Assembly: GCF_006345805.1 (NCBI RefSeq)
Contig: NC_042998.1
Location: 7,130,001-7,194,000 of the forward strand
Reading direction: 5' to 3'
Origin: Octopus sinensis
Taxonomy: Eukaryota
Length of the DNA stretch: 64,000 nucleotides
Both the position numbers and the translations under genes were made by a program. Under the pieces are notes generated by a model. That model worked only from the letters and a program-made list of their open reading frames with translations. It did no database searches and was not told where the DNA came from. Of the stretch, positions 1 through 15,095 are shown one piece after another (position 1 is the first letter of the stretch; every line of letters begins with the position of its first letter).

Positions 1-290
1 ATGTTGTGTTTGAGAACCAGATGGCTGCACCAGGCTCCAATTTGATCAGGCAGAGTTTCTACAGCTGGATGCCCTTCCTAATGCCAACCACTCTGATTGT
101 GTAGTAAGTGCTTTTACGTGGCACCAGCACGAGGGCCAGTCAGGCGGTACTGGCAACGGCCATGCTCAAGTTTTTTTTTTGTGCCACCTGCACAGGAGCC
201 AGTCTAGTGGCACTGGCAACGACCTCACTTGAATGATTTTCATATGCCACTGGCACAAGTGCCAGTAAGGCGACACTGGTAATGATCATG
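1..290 (-). mobile_element. RTE LINE 3' UTR fragment with ~60-bp repeat units
   Basis: Contains ctacagctggatgcccttcctaatgccaaccactc plus about three degenerate ggcac..aaaagcac units, matching the 3' UTR downstream of the RT ORF at 48491-49016. Confidence 0.75.
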
Positions 291-689
291 TTTGTGTGCT
301 AAATTGATTTTTCTTTAAAATTATCTTCAAGCCATAACCTCAGCAAAGAAAACTATAAATATTGAAGGTGATACGTTTTGGTAGGAAGTGAATACTGTTT
401 ATGGTTATCAGTTTAAGAGCCTGCAGTTCAATTTCTCACAAAGCTAACTTCAGCTTCCAGCATTGTGGAATCAATGAAAGCAATGTCTGTGATATAAAAG
501 TGTTAAATCAGTTACTATGCAATACTTATTTGAGTTTAAATTTCACTCACTGACTTCACCTTAGAATAGATTGGCTGGAGATTGATATAATGAGCAGCAG
601 TGGTATATTGTAGTCAATTTGATCAACAAGATTCTGTTTCTTAATAAAATTCATATGACTAGATAAAATCCACCCTCTCCTCCTCCTCC

Positions 690-723
<34 letters not shown>

Positions 724-822
724 TTAACGTCCATGTTCCATGCTGGCATAATAATTATTTCTTATTAATAATAATGATGATAATAACAATATTTAAAAGG
801 AGAAAAAGAAAATATTATCACA

Positions 823-855
<33 letters not shown>

Positions 856-1437
856 GTTATCATCATCATCATCATCATCATCATCATTAATATTATTGAA
901 AAGTCATAAAAATATATCTAATTTGATTTGATCAGTACAACCAAGTTTCTAACTTAGATGAGGCAAGCATGTAAATGATATAAGCTGTATAAACATGATG
1001 CAACTATTGAATATAATTTATTTCTAGATTTTGTGGTGAAGGGTAGGGGAAGTAAATTCAATAGGAGAAAGAAGGAAATAGATACAGATCCTTCATTTGG
1101 AAATATTTAGAAGTATATAAAATTGTATTTTATCTATGTGAGAATAAACATATGTGTATATGCATATGTATAAAAAATAAAGCCCTGAATATACATTTAT
1201 AATTTTTCCATACAAAATATCCTTGTATCAGTTTGTAGGTTCTTACATACATGTATGTATATATATATGTGTGTGAATGTGCATGAATGTGCACATATAT
1301 TTGTGTGTGTGTGTTTATATGTGCATGTGCTTGAATACATACATACATGAACATCAATCATTTCATTTCATAATGTACTTCAGAAAACACAAATGTTGCC
1401 TTATATATTTGAATGCATATTTATATATTCTTTGTAA

Positions 1438-1472
<35 letters not shown>

Positions 1473-1475
1473 TTC

Positions 1476-1512
<37 letters not shown>

Positions 1513-2473
1513 GGGGTGTATGAAAAATATATTAAATGATGACTACAACATATGAATGAAATATGAAATATCACCCTCATAATTTTTTTTAAATTGTATG
1601 ATACACATACATACACACATACACACACACACACATTATTCTATGCTCACACACACATATTCACATAGAGTAAATGGTAATAGATATAAGGTGGAGCAGT
1701 CTTATTCATTTCTTTTACTGCATGATATAGATATCAAATGTATTTTCTTTTATTAACATAACATACTATAAAAAGACATTATCAAAGCTTTCACCAACAG
1801 TTTGATATAATATATGAACGCCTGTAAGGTTAACATGTTTAACAGTTGGTACTCAATAGTTACCATGTCACTTTAAAGATATCATGAAAATAAACACATT
1901 TGCAAAGAAAAGCTTATTTCTGCAGCTGCTTAGAATAAACTGGAACTGAAATAATAAATAATAAATCATTTACAGAATGGTCTTAGAATTAAGAATAAAT
2001 TGCTGTAATATATCAGAGATTTATTAACATTTCCAACCTAGCTTAAATTTTCATGAAGGAAAAGAAAATATAACCAGGAAATGAAGTAAACCTAAGCAAA
2101 TGATATTTTTTCTGTTGTAGATGGCATGTATTTAGCACTGAGTTAGTAAGCTAAGATTTTAATCTTTCAGTTTGCATTCACAGATGGCGTTTAACAAAGT
2201 ATATTTTCTGACAAACGTTCCCTTCCCTTGTTATTATTATTACTATTATTATTGTTATTATTAGTATTATTAGTATTATTATCAGTATTATTATTATTTT
2301 TTTTTTTAGTCTTCCTTAGAGCTTATTCTTATATTTTAGTTTATTTTTCAGAAAGACATTCAGTGTCTTTATGCCTGCATGTATTTGAATACCTAGCATG
2401 CCTTAGTAGTGGTATTAAATCGATATATACATATACATAAAGTATACATACATACATGCATATATATATATAC

Positions 2474-2562
<89 letters not shown>

Positions 2563-5500
2563 TTTCGTTATTGCAGTGGTACGACTTGAGGTCATTATTC
2601 TTGGCAAATGTATTTAAAGTGAGAAACATTTTAGGCAATGAAATTGCTAAATATAATAAAACAAAGATAAACATCATTTTATATTATATGATAAGACTCA
2701 ATAACAATTTTTCTATACCCTATATTGAATTGATGAGTTGTAAGTATATATTCTGAACAATACAGTTTGTTTATTGATTTCCTTCTGACTTGATGAAATT
2801 ATTTCTTGCCTGAATTTTACCACTGAGATAACGTATACACAAATATATATATATATATATATATATACATAAATATATATATATAGATATGCACATATAC
2901 ATATATATGTGTGTGTGTATATTTATATATATATGTATATGAATGTATGTATTTTTATATGTATGCATATGTATGTATGTTTGTATATATATATATATGT
3001 ATATGAATGTATGTATTTTTATATGTATGCATATGTATGTATGTTTGTATATATATATATATATATAAATATATATGTATATATAAATGTATATATATGA
3101 GTGTGTGTGTATGTGTATATATATATATATTATATATACATATATATATATATGGACGTGTATGTGTGTGTGTATGTGTGTGTGTGTGTTTATACTTACA
3201 TGCCTAGACTTAGTTAATAAATAGTAGATGCTTTACTCAATTTTTTTGTTTCCTTTTCTCTAGTTTAAAGGAAAGTGTTAACAAATTATTTAAAAAAGAA
3301 TTTTTTTTTAATTTTTACTGTTTGCTTTCTTTTATTTCCTATCCAGTTCCTGGATTTCACAGCATTCTATTGATCTGTAAAGGTGCAAAGGTTTTCCATT
3401 GATGTGAAGGTGTCAATACTTGTGTTATTTTTAGAATATTTTAATGATAATATTTGTTTCTTTATATGTGAATGTATGAGAATATATATATATATATGTA
3501 CCAACAGCAAAAAAGAAAAAAAATGGGTAAAAAAATTTGACATCGAAGTGTTATCAAAATACTGAATAATATAGCATGTATCAATATTATTTGATGATGT
3601 TAAGTTGTTCCATTTTTATTACAGGTTAATTTTATTTTTATGACTTATTTTTATGAATTTGTAATATAAATATGACACTAAGTAACAAACATACTAGAAA
3701 GTCATAATGTAACTTTGTCATAATATCATAAGTCTGTAATAAATGTTCCTACCAAACAATACCAAAATTCATAAGATCACTGTTTATTTCACTGGTGTCT
3801 TATTGTCGCTTGCATTCTTCTTAGCAACTTTATGATGTTCTTTGTTACAAAATAGTTATTACATCAATCAATAATACTAAAATCTTTTATTCATCAATAT
3901 TTTTAGCATTTGCTACTGGTTCTTTTTCTGCTCTCTTATAATTTTTCTTTGACATCAACATTCTTTTTCTCCTAGAAATTGACTGTGTTCAATTAATTTT
4001 ATTATCATTATATACCCTAACAACTAGCATTAATTTTAGGCACTTGGTGCTTAGATCAAAGTATTATATAAAATGAAAAAATAAATGTTCTGTAAAAGCT
4101 TAGCTATTACTGTTACATACTAAGCTATTATAAACTAATTGGGATTCTATTTTAGATGTTTGTAGTTATACTTTTTAAGTTTTGATATAATATTTGAGTT
4201 TTGAAATTTAGAGATTGCCACAGTTTTTGCAAGGAGAAGAGTATTACCAACAAAACCAACACCAGTACTTAACTGGTATTTTGTTTTTGGTCCTGAAAAA
4301 TGAAAAGCAGAATGATCTAGAGGGGATTTAAATTCAGAATGTTAAAAGGCAAACTAAATACCAAAAGTTTTGTCTTGTGCTCTGCTTTCTTCAATTTTGC
4401 TATAATAATATTTTAATAAACCCATTGTAATTTTCTTTCTATGATTTTGCTATCACAATGACTACTTCAGAGACTAGGATGTTGCTATGAAAATTACAAT
4501 AAAATCTTTAGAACCAAAAGCATTTTATTCAGATTATTGTACACACACTGATTTTTCATGCTGTTCTTCACCTTCTTATCAAAATTGAACTTTGCTGCCA
4601 AAAGAAAGTCAAAGGCAAACGTGTGTAAATAGTTTGATAATAGAACGAAATTAGCACTGCTGTTTGTAAAACCATTATAGATTTTCTCTTTTGATTCATC
4701 AGTTTTCAGTACCCATCCAATCTGAGAATTTTATACTTGGCATAATTATTTTATTCATTCATTATCTATGTGCAAATAAAGAGCTTCAAAAATATGTAAT
4801 AATAATGTCAAAACCATTAATATTTCCTCTTGTGGAATTTTAGAACTATTCCTTTTTTTTTCCTTCTTCTCTGTGTTCTGTGTGTTTTCTCAATTGTATT
4901 AGATATGCATATGGATCGATATCAATATTTTGGTTACAATTTCATATTTATTTAATACTTTAGTACATGCATATGTGTGTTTGCGTGCATGTGTGTATAA
5001 GCATTTTACTGCTTGAGAATAGAAAATATGATTTAGATTAAATAGAAATATGTTGTTATGAGTATCAAACAAATGTTTTGATCATTAAAAGCAGACTATT
5101 TTTGGTTACAATATTTTCATCGCCTTTCTTTTCAAATTTCTCATTCATACAATATTCTGTATATATGTTTGTCAATAACACCGTTGCGTATATGCTTGTT
5201 AATACGTGCATTAGTGTGAGTGAGCAATGTGTAATGGAATAATGGAGGCATGACACAACATAGAAAAGAGAGAAAGACTGAAAGAGAGAGTATGAGAGAA
5301 TAAGAATTCTTCCCTTTAGTTATTGAACTTTAACATGATGGTTTAAAAGTGAGTCCAATTATACAATGCATTTGCTTGAAAATCACTTCCTTTTCAGAAG
5401 TTCCATACAAATTTTCATAATAATCACCTCACATCCAATTGATTTCTATGTCTTTCGAAATGTTCTCTTCATCTATTATATTAGTATCGTTAGCAGTGTT

Positions 5501-8035
5501 GATGCTTGTCTCGGCTTATATTCCTGCAGGACAAAATGTTGTTGATGTTGTATAAAACATGTGAAACAGCTTGACGTTGTGGCTGATGGTTTGCTTATTC
5601 GTTGCTGTTGTCGATATTGTTGTTCCGAAAGTAATGTTATTGCTGTTGCTTTAATATCGTCGTTGCTTTCCCTTCTGTGCAACTAGCTAATGTTGATTGT
5701 ATTGTGAATTGATTATTATTGTTATTATTATTATCATGAACTGTGTCATTAATAGCTGAGCTTTGAGTTGGCAAATCTACCTTGATGCAGCTTAGATAAC
5801 ACAACTCTGATTTAAATTACATTTTCATTATTAGACACCTTCCAGAGTATTGAATTATAGAATTTGTGTATATTCTCTCTTTCTCTTTTTTAATACAATT
5901 TGCAGTCTCTAATCTTTTTATCTAAAGCAAACTTTTTTTTTGTTGATTTTTGCAGTATGTCAGTTACTGAATTATCAACACAGGGTACAGGGATTGTTTT
6001 ATGCATATATATGTTTTCAATATGAGATAAATAAGTTGCAGCTTTGTTGGATAAGGTTTTCAAAAGCAGTTTTCACATAACATGCAAAAAAATCCTATTA
6101 AAAATAAGATGCCAATATATTGAATGCAATTGCTATTGGCTGACCTTTGACCTACAGTTCTCTTGAGAAGCCAAAATATTAGATTAGCTTTTGTTTAATT
6201 ATTGTATTTTAATACTACTTTTGGTGATTTGTATTTTAAGCATTAACACAAGTGAAAAACTATCATTAAAATATAAAATATTTTTGGAATATTTGATTGC
6301 ATTTTTACTAAGATCATATCTTATGCTAATAAATATATAATCAATATCATTTCTTAATTTGTAACTTTTTTCCCTTTAGTCAGAAGGAATGGCAGTATCA
6401 GTGCCTCTTTTCCGGGCCTCCAAGAGTAGTGGGGCAGTGGGGTGGAGGAAGGTATCTGTAAACTGGCAGCCTTACCTGAATGCTTTCAGTAGAGTGGACT
6501 TCTCTAAGGGCATCCAATAAATAATTGTTTGATATTAGATCAGGTGGTGTATTAAGTCTGCCATCCCAAATAAATTACAGCAGAAATTGAAGATAGAATG
6601 CAAAGATCCAGAACAAAGATTCTTTGTGATGCTCTAACAGTTCTGCCAGTTCAACCTCCGAGCCTGGTACTTTATTTCGTCAACTCTGGAAGGATGGAAG
6701 GCAGCAGCGACCTCAACAAGATTTGAATTCAGAATGGAGGGGACCAGGATATGCATTACAAGGCATTTCATCCAATTCTCTAACAGCATTTTAAATTCAT
6801 CTCTTATGAAATCAAGGCTCCATTAAATTCTCTACAGATAATCCAGATCATATAAAATTGTTAAAGTTTGTTCTTGACATCTAATTCGCCTGATTATTTC
6901 CGCTATTTTTGTCAATTGTTACCAATATTTAAGATTGCCTCTACTTTTGTAAAATATTGCTTGTTTCTATCTTCTGTAATGTAATAGAACTGTCATTGAT
7001 ATAACTGTTATTTGCTGCAGTCTTTCACCTTCTCGACAATACAATAATATTTGACAGTAAAAGGTTAAATTTACTACTATATGAAATTTTATTTGGTGCC
7101 TTACATTTCTGCCTCACAAAATTCTGCTAGGGTTAGATTAGACTTTTATTTTGCTAAAATTGATAAGATATCAGTAATATATATATATTACTTTTCTTGA
7201 CAAAATATCAATAGAGTAATGTAATAAAGATCCCATGTCATACTGTCTCCTACATAATGGAACCTATTTCTGGAAAAAACTGTTATCATTAATATGCTGT
7301 TTCAAAAATAATGTCAATAATAATGTGAATGGTTTCATTCTTTTATTAATCATATTTCTACTTATTATATTTCTACAGTTCTCACCAAATCTTCCAATCT
7401 TTAATCTTGTATAAAAATGTGTATTAAAGTATAGCTACTCTAAAACACTCAACTTATTGATAATCATTTTGATATTACTAGGTCATTCTGGTATTAAATA
7501 TTATTAAATATATTTTGAAGCATATGAAAAAAATATATATTAACCCTGTTTTATGATATGTTGGTCAGCATTTTGAGGAACATCCAGTGACAGCCTTGAC
7601 CAAAATAGTAAAATGTTGAGAAAATTGGAAAATAGGTGATTTCATTTGAGGTGTTCTTAGTTGCATCTTTACAAACAATGCATGAGTTTATCTTGATATA
7701 TTAGTATCTTGTTTTGGTATCTGTTAGTTATAATGCCAATATATTATGATGCTTTTGCTCTCTCCCTCTTTTCCTAAACATTAAATAAGATATTTTTTAT
7801 TGGTCCTTGTCAGGAGGAAAGTGCTGTACCCATAACCTTCTTGGGCTCTCAAAGACCAGTAAGATTGATACAGTTTATGCTTCTTTTGACACTGGCAGTG
7901 AGGGAGTCCAGAAGACTGATATACTAGGAAGAAAGACCAGGGTGTAGTCTTAATGTGGTACCTGAGGAATGGATAAAATATAGGTGATGGAAAGCACTAA
8001 TCACTCAGATGATGTTTTATTTTTAAATACAGTCT

Positions 8036-8588
8036 AGGTGCAGGCATGGCTGTGTGGCTAGGAAGATTGCTTCCTAATCATGTGATCTTGGGGTCAGTCC
8101 CACTGCAGAGCTTTTTGGGCAAGTTTCTTCTACTATAGCCTCAGACCAACCGAAGCATTGTGAATGAATTTAGTAGAAGAGAACTGGAAAATGCCCATCT
8201 TATGTATGTATGTATGTATGTATGCATGCATGCATGCATGTATGTATGTATGTATGTATGTATGTATGTATGTATGTATGTATTATGTATGTATGTATGC
8301 ATGCATGCATGCATGCATGTATGTATGTATGTATGTATTTGTCCGTGTGTGTGTGTATGTGTATGTTTGTGTATACCTTTGTCTAGACACTTTGTGATGA
8401 ATGCAAATGGGCATCGGTGTCATAGAGGTGAGGTTGTTCTTTTCCAGTCTTCTGTGAAAAACACGTCTAGCTACGAGGAAATATTACCTTGCTTGGAAGG
8501 TTAGTTACACAAAGGGCTTCTGGTCATAGAAAATCGGCCTCAACAAATTCTATCTGATGCAAGCAAGTATGGAAAAGTGGACCTTAAA

Positions 8589-8618
<30 letters not shown>
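8036..8618 (+). mobile_element. tRNA/CORE-like SINE (family A head) with internal (ATGT)n and RTE-like (GAT)n tail
   Basis: Head ggtgcaggcatggctgtgtgg...gggcaagtttcttctactatagcc, then microsatellite, then a tail ending gaaaagtggaccttaaaatgatgatgat. Confidence 0.75.
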
Positions 8619-8619
<1 letters not shown>

Positions 8620-8624
8620 GTCTA

Positions 8625-8815
8625 GGTTGTCTTTAAGTGTTGCAGCAACAGTAACAGCAGCATTCCAGATGTGTGAGCAGTACACCACTGTGGGTCTCAC
8701 CATTGCTCTATAGAAGCTTAGTGGTTGGTGGATCCGGAAGTATTTCCTGACCTTGAAGAGGACAGCCCTTCTTTGTGACATAGTATTTGTTATGTTATGA
8801 AACCCTGATGAAACC
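8625..8815 (-). pseudogene. CR1/L2/Jockey-group LINE RT C-terminal fragment
   Basis: FYRAMVRPTVVYCSHIWNAA resembles the LYKxxVRPxxEYCSxxW motif found downstream of the RT core in these LINEs. Confidence 0.6.
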
Positions 8816-9169
8816 ACAATCGCTTTTAGGTTTCAGTCACTTTTATCTAAAACACTTATTGAAGCAAAATTGGTTGAGAATTTTGTGGTTAATAATCCAA
8901 TTACCATCGTAATCAACTATCTCTTTTATTACTCCAAAATCTTTAGAACTTTCCTCATAGGTGTTCAACATTCATGGTTCAACACCCATTTAATTCTGTT
9001 CTATTTCTAACATAAATCTATCAATCCTTTACTATGATGTAACTTGTTTGCATTAGCTGTGTTATTGTAATACAGCTTCAGTCATCCCTAAGTATTCAGA
9101 CATCAGATAACCTGCTAAATGTACTGAATACGACTTTCTGTTAGACACTTGTAAACAATTTATTAAATA

Positions 9170-9415
9170 ATAAATAAATGCGCCCTTGTAAAGCTCATGG
9201 GCCTGGTTTCCCGGTTTCTATGGAGTATGTGTTCCCCAGCTGGACAGGACACCAGTCCATCACAGCGTTACTCATTTTTGCCACCTGAGTGGACTGGAGC
9301 AACGTGAAATGAAGTGTTTTGCTCAAAAACACAACGTGTCGCCCGGTCCAGGAATCGAAACCAAATCTTACGCTCATGATGCTGATACCCTAACCACTAA
9401 GCCACGTGCCCTCCA
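9170..9415 (-). mobile_element. tRNA-derived SINE, family D
   Basis: Minus-strand head tggcttagtggttagggt...gtttcgattcctggacc (A and B boxes), CORE-like body, tail gatggactggtgtcctgtccagctggggaac..gaaaccgggaaacc. Confidence 0.8.
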
Positions 9416-9869
9416 CGAACAATTTATTACTGATGTCTATTTTCAACTTGGAGTGCAAGATTTTTTAAACTATTATAAGCCTAGAGTTGTAAGTTACCAA
9501 ATAGTTAGTCATTAGTCAGTCATAAACTTTAATTGTTTTATTATGTATAAAGCTTGATCATCTTGGTCGTAGCATATTTTTATTCAGGAGTAAAGAACTG
9601 AGACATGTGGTGCTAAACCTTAAATTAGTAAAAGTGTATTTGAATGAAAATATATTTTAAATGAATAAATAATTAATTTGATTGTAAAGTAAACAAATCT
9701 TCCTACAGCCATATTTGTATTAGTGTCAAATTTAGCTTCGTATTGCTCTATGTTTTTATCTCTAAAACAATATGTGCCACCGTTAGAATGATCAGAACAT
9801 GACTGTTAATTAATCAATAATGCTTACTTGATCATCCAAAAGAATAATTAAGCTTCATATTATAACTCT

Positions 9870-10092
9870 CTGTACTCTCTTTTACTCTCTTTTACTTGTT
9901 TCAGTCATTTGACTGCAGCCATGCTGGAGCACCGCCTTTAGCCGAGCAAATCGACCCCGGGACTTATTCTTTGTAAGCCTAGTACTTATTCTATCGGTCT
10001 CTTTTGCTGAACCGCTAAGTGACGGCGACGTAAACACACCAGCATCAGTTGTCAAGCAATGCTAGTGGGACAAACACAGACACACAAACACA

Positions 10093-10125
<33 letters not shown>

Positions 10126-10325
10126 CACACACATATATATATATATATATACATATATACGACAGGCTTCTTTCAGTTTCCGTCTACCAAATCCACTCAC
10201 AAGGCATTGGTCGGCCCGAGGCTCTAGCAGAAGACACTTGCCCAAGATGCTACGCAGTGGGACTGAACCCAGAACCATGTGGTTGGTTAGCAAGCTACTT
10301 ACCACACAGCCACTCCTGCACCTAT
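9870..10325 (-). mobile_element. Bipartite SINE family A (tRNA head + CORE-like + internal microsatellite + 3' module)
   Basis: Reverse complement of the family A consensus seen at 14672, 21608, 60322 and 61357. Confidence 0.9.
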
Positions 10326-11208
10326 AACTTTACACTTACAAACATATATGCCACACACATTTATTATAACAATCAGAATTAAGACTGATTCATTCATTCA
10401 TTCATCTCTTTTCTCTGCCCACTTTTTCTTGGCAAGATGTTAGGGTAGAGTACTCGGGAAATTCCTCCATGGGGTACTATCAGACAACCATCACTAGACT
10501 TTCCAGCTGATTTCCATGAATGACCCACTGAGAGTATGGATACTATCCAACCATTTCATTCTTAGTCTACCCCCAGGGCTCCTGCTGGTTGGCTTAGCTT
10601 CAAGAATCCGTCTTATGTTTTCCAAAATAAATTTTAATTCCAACACTATTATTGTCATATATCCCTAAGAGCACTATGAATTTGGTTTGTACAAAGACAA
10701 TCTGTTGTTCTTGTATAAAATAATGTGATTTAAAATTTCTTTTTTTTTTTTTTTCTGACTTCCTCAACTTTTGAAAGGAAGATTGACAAAGAACCTTCTT
10801 TCACATTCCCATACTTTAATGACTACACTGTTATACCAAAAAACAACAGTAGTACAATACCACTTATAATGCAACATTGATTACAGCATTAGCTTCCTGC
10901 TTCAACATACAACCATTACAGAGATTTTGAAAGGCAAACTTGGCTATGAAATATGGCTGACAGAGACATAAGAGAATAAAAGTAAATTTTGTAAAGCATT
11001 CTTTATTCAATTGACAATTCATGATACACCCCAACCATCACCATCATCCCCCTGGCCTCTATTGAATGGTTAAAACCAGTAAGAGTGTCTAGCATTCTGC
11101 TATTTTTATCAGCATGCTGCTCCTGACAACAACAATATCACCATGTTAATAAAAACAATGCCATTCAAGCAAAAGAAATTTGGTTAGCAGAGGAGTGGCT
11201 GTGTGGTA

Positions 11209-11775
11209 AGTAGCTTCCTTACCAACCACATGGTTCTGGGTTCAGTCCCACTGCATGGCACCTTGGGCAAGTGTCTTCTACTGTAGCTTCGACCAAAGCC
11301 TTGTGAGTGGATTTGGTAGACGGAAACTGAAAAAAGCCCGTCGTATATATATATATACTAGTACTTTTGCTTGAAGCCCGTCGTATATATATATATATAT
11401 ATATATATACGACGGGCTTTTTTCAGTTTCCGTCTACCAAATCCACTCACAAGGCTTTGGTCGAGGCTACAGTAGAAGACACTTGCCCAAGGTATATATA
11501 TATATATATAATATATATATATATTATATATATATAATATATATATATATATATGTATGTATGTATGTGTGTGTGTTTATGTATTTGTGTTTGTCCCCCC
11601 AACATCGCTTGACAACCGATGGTGGTGTGTATACATCCCTGTAACTTAGCGGTTCGGCAAAAGAGACCGATAGAATAAGTACTAGGCTTACAAAGAATAA
11701 GCCCTGGGGTTGATTTTTCTTGACTAAAGGCGGTGCTCCAGCATGACCACAGTCAAATGACTGAAACAAGTAAAA
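11209..11775 (+). mobile_element. SINE family A carrying an internal inverted duplication
   Basis: Head 11209-11357, inverted copy ~11395-11493, 3' module 11580-11775. Confidence 0.9.
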
Positions 11776-12294
11776 GTGGTTGATAGGTAAAATTGTTAAA
11801 GCATTGGACAAAATGCTTACAGTATTTAGTTATAGCTCTTTACATTGTGATTTCAAATCCTGCCAGGGGTCAACTTTGCCTTTAATCTTTCTAGGGGGGG
11901 GGGGTCAATAAAATAAAGTAAAACACAAGAGTAATTTCCTATATTCCTCTGAAAGGAATTTTAATGGAAAATTAAAACTAAACTAAAAAGTATCGTTTAA
12001 ACTTTGATATCATTGTTGAAATTTAAGAAATAATGCAAGAGCTGTCATTAACCTAGGCTCAACCATTATTACATCCTTCTGTCCTTAGTAGAAAATTGTA
12101 TTGAAAAAGTCATAACTATACAGCCTGCCTCACTACAAATATCGACAGATAGAATGTCAATAATGGTTAACCTAATAAACAAATAGAAAGTCAATCTATT
12201 GTTTCATTTCTTGACATTTGAATATTGTAGAATAATATCTACTCAAGCTAAAGTGAAACAAAAAGCAAGTTTTTCACATCCAGAGCTAGAGAAA

Positions 12295-12330
<36 letters not shown>

Positions 12331-12340
12331 AGAAGGGGGA

Positions 12341-12384
<44 letters not shown>

Positions 12385-12906
12385 ATAGTGAAAGAGAGAG
12401 TGTGTGTATGTGGATAGAGAAAGACAGTGTGTATATGATAGTGAAAGAGAGAGAGAGGTGAAGTGATGTGGTGTAAGATACCTTAGTGTTTTTTTTTCTT
12501 CTTTTTGCCCTTATTTGTTTCCTTTGTTGTCTTGTTTTCTTGTTATTATGCAGAGAACTTTACCCTTTAAAGATCTTGGTAATGTCACTTTTCTCCCATC
12601 CTAAAGTGTCTTGCCTGGGGTGAGGGTGGGGAGGGGTCAGGTGGAGGTAGAGTTTACTGGTTTTTGAAATATATTAACAAGTATGATTTAGTATGGCTGA
12701 AGGAAGATAGGTCATTTATAGAGTAAATTAACTTCCATCTTTGAGATATCAGAGGAAAATGGCCTTTCCGAAGCTGCTTCAGTGATGTTCCATTTTAGAA
12801 GATTCTATACCATTGTATTTATGAATGTTTAGAAACAAAATCACTTGCTCAAAAATGTCATCAATCATGTGGTACACTTTATTAAGAATAATAATTACAC
12901 ACTCAA

Positions 12907-13489
12907 GCACACACACACATACATACATACATACATACATACATACGTGCATATGTGCATACGTACATACATACATACATGCATGCATGCACGCACACAT
13001 ACATGCATACTTACATACATACATATGTACGTACATACATACATACATACATACACACACACATACATACATACATACATACATACGTACACACACACAC
13101 ATACATACATATACACACACACACATACATACATACATACATACATTCATGCATACATACATACATACACACACACACATACATACATACATACATACAT
13201 AGACACATACATTCATACATACACACATACATACATACATACATACACACATACATACATACATACATACATACATACATACATACATACACACATACAT
13301 ACATTCATGCATACATACATACATACATACATACACATATATACATACATACATACATAGACACATACATTCATACATACACACATACATGCATGCATGC
13401 ATACATACAGACATACATACATACACACATACGTACATACACACATACACACACATACATAGATACATACACGCATACACATGCATACA

Positions 13490-13523
<34 letters not shown>

Positions 13524-13531
13524 CATACATA
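12907..13531. repeat. Compound (ATAC)n/(AC)n microsatellite
   Basis: Directly visible; it produces the spurious HTYI/MYVC ORFs. Confidence 0.98.
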
Positions 13532-13656
13532 CCAAGGAGACAAGTATATAAGTATGTTTTGTTAACTTATATAAGTTCATATCAATGATGACAAAGCCGA
13601 GTGCCAAATAAATTTCGTTTGAGATACCATTTACAATATTACTTTGTCATACTTAC

Positions 13657-13786
13657 GATTGATTGATGGTACCTGTCCGTTTTTAAGTTGTATTTCATAC
13701 ACCATTGATTAACCATGGAGCTAAATGGACATATGCATGGGAGCACCAATGGAAAGGGGTACCAAACACCAGAGTTATTTCTTCCC
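13657..13786 (-). CDS. Candidate internal exon, unidentified gene (GRNNSGVWYPFPLVLPCICPFSSMVNQWCMKYNLKTDRYHQSI)
   Basis: Minus-strand aatcttgcag acceptor and gtaagt donor; one open frame (phase 2 to 0); non-repetitive sequence. No homology recognised. Confidence 0.3.
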
Positions 13787-14671
13787 CTGCAAGATTATTG
13801 ATGCAAATGCCTTGAAATGGTATACATCTTTAAGATTAGAAACGAGTGGAATAAATGATGTTTTGTTTTGTTTCGTTCTAATGATATTTCTAAAATTTAT
13901 CTCCAGTTTCAATTTTTGTTGAAAGAATTATTTTCACTTACTTTTTGCTTTTATATTTTTCCCTTATAATAATTTTCTAAAACTAAAATCGTGTTTTGAA
14001 AATTTGCACAATTTTCCTGTTTCCCTTGTTATATGCAAATAATTCATTAATATTGCTTACTGCTATTCAGTATTAAATAAATATAATTAAAAAGAAACAG
14101 ATTATATTTAATATAGCTGTTGGAGATACCCTGAAAGAAAACTAAAATCTAAATGTTCAATCTATATATCATATTCAGTGTATATCATAATATCCTGTCA
14201 AGACAATGGAACAGTAAAGGGGAAAACATTGTAAGACTGCCCTTTGGGCATCAGTTGATTTGATCCAGCTCTGATGCTATGCTTTCCCATGTTAAATAAA
14301 AATCACATAACTAGTTTAATAAAAATGTCTGGTAGACAAAAGATTTAATCTTAACACAAGAAGTAATTAGAAACAGTTGTAATATAATGCTTGAAATAAT
14401 TTTTTCTTAGTATTTAATTTACTGTCATTAGATTTCTAGTCGTTAAGAACTTCATGAAAGAGATGCTATAATTTTTAACTTGAAATCAATACATCATGAA
14501 ATCCACTTCTTTGACAACTAAAGAAATCTCTTGGTGATTCATAATTATTTTTTAAACAGTTACATAAGAATTAATGATTAGAGTGACAGGTATATAAAAA
14601 TAAATATTAATTTTGATTTAGAAGACTAAGAAGAAATAAAAGGAGACAAAGATTTGTAGAAAAATATCTCA

Positions 14672-15095
14672 AGGTGCAGGAGTGGCTGTGTGGTAAGTAG
14701 CTTGCTAAACAACCACATGGTTCTGGGTTCAGTCCCACTGCATGGCATCTTGGGCTAGTGTCTTCTGCTATAGCCCCGGGCCGACCAATGCCTTGTGAGT
14801 GGATTTGGTAGACGGAAACTGAAAGAAATCTGTCGTATATATGTATATATATATATGTATGTGTGTGTGTTTGTGGTGTCTGTGTTTGCCCCCCTAGCAT
14901 TGCTTGGCAACCGATGCTGGTGTGTTTACATCCCCGTCACTTAGCGGTTCGACAAAAGAGACCGATAGAATAAGTACTGGGCTTACAAAGAATAAGTCCC
15001 GGGGTCGATTTGCTCGACTAAAGGCGGTGCTCCAGCATGGCCGCAGTCAAATGACTGAAACAAGTAAAAGAGTAAAAGAGTAAAGAGAGAGAGAG
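14672..15095 (+). mobile_element. SINE family A, full length
   Basis: ggtgcaggagtggctgtgtggtaag...gggttcagtccc (B-box-like), (TA/TG)n spacer, 3' module ending (gtaaaaga)n. Confidence 0.92.

Noticed and set aside
5399-5685. Cys-rich frame with a single in-frame TGA (selenoprotein-like)
   Set aside because: It lies in degenerate (GTT/TGT)n sequence, which avoids stops and yields Cys by composition; no SECIS or homology is evident.
2100-7900. Several short plus-strand segments with ag...gt boundaries (e.g. 2351-2410, 2576-2617, 3348-3383, 3976-4060, 7021-7063, 7814-7858)
   Set aside because: The phases do not chain consistently and no protein was recognised. A decayed SINE at ~420-500 gives an equally good pseudo-exon, showing a high false-positive rate.
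12779-13607. Long ORFs (up to 254 aa) rich in MYVC/HTYI
   Set aside because: Translations of the (ATAC)n microsatellite; the same applies to ORFs at 2409, 16719, 45307-45797 and 46043-46961.
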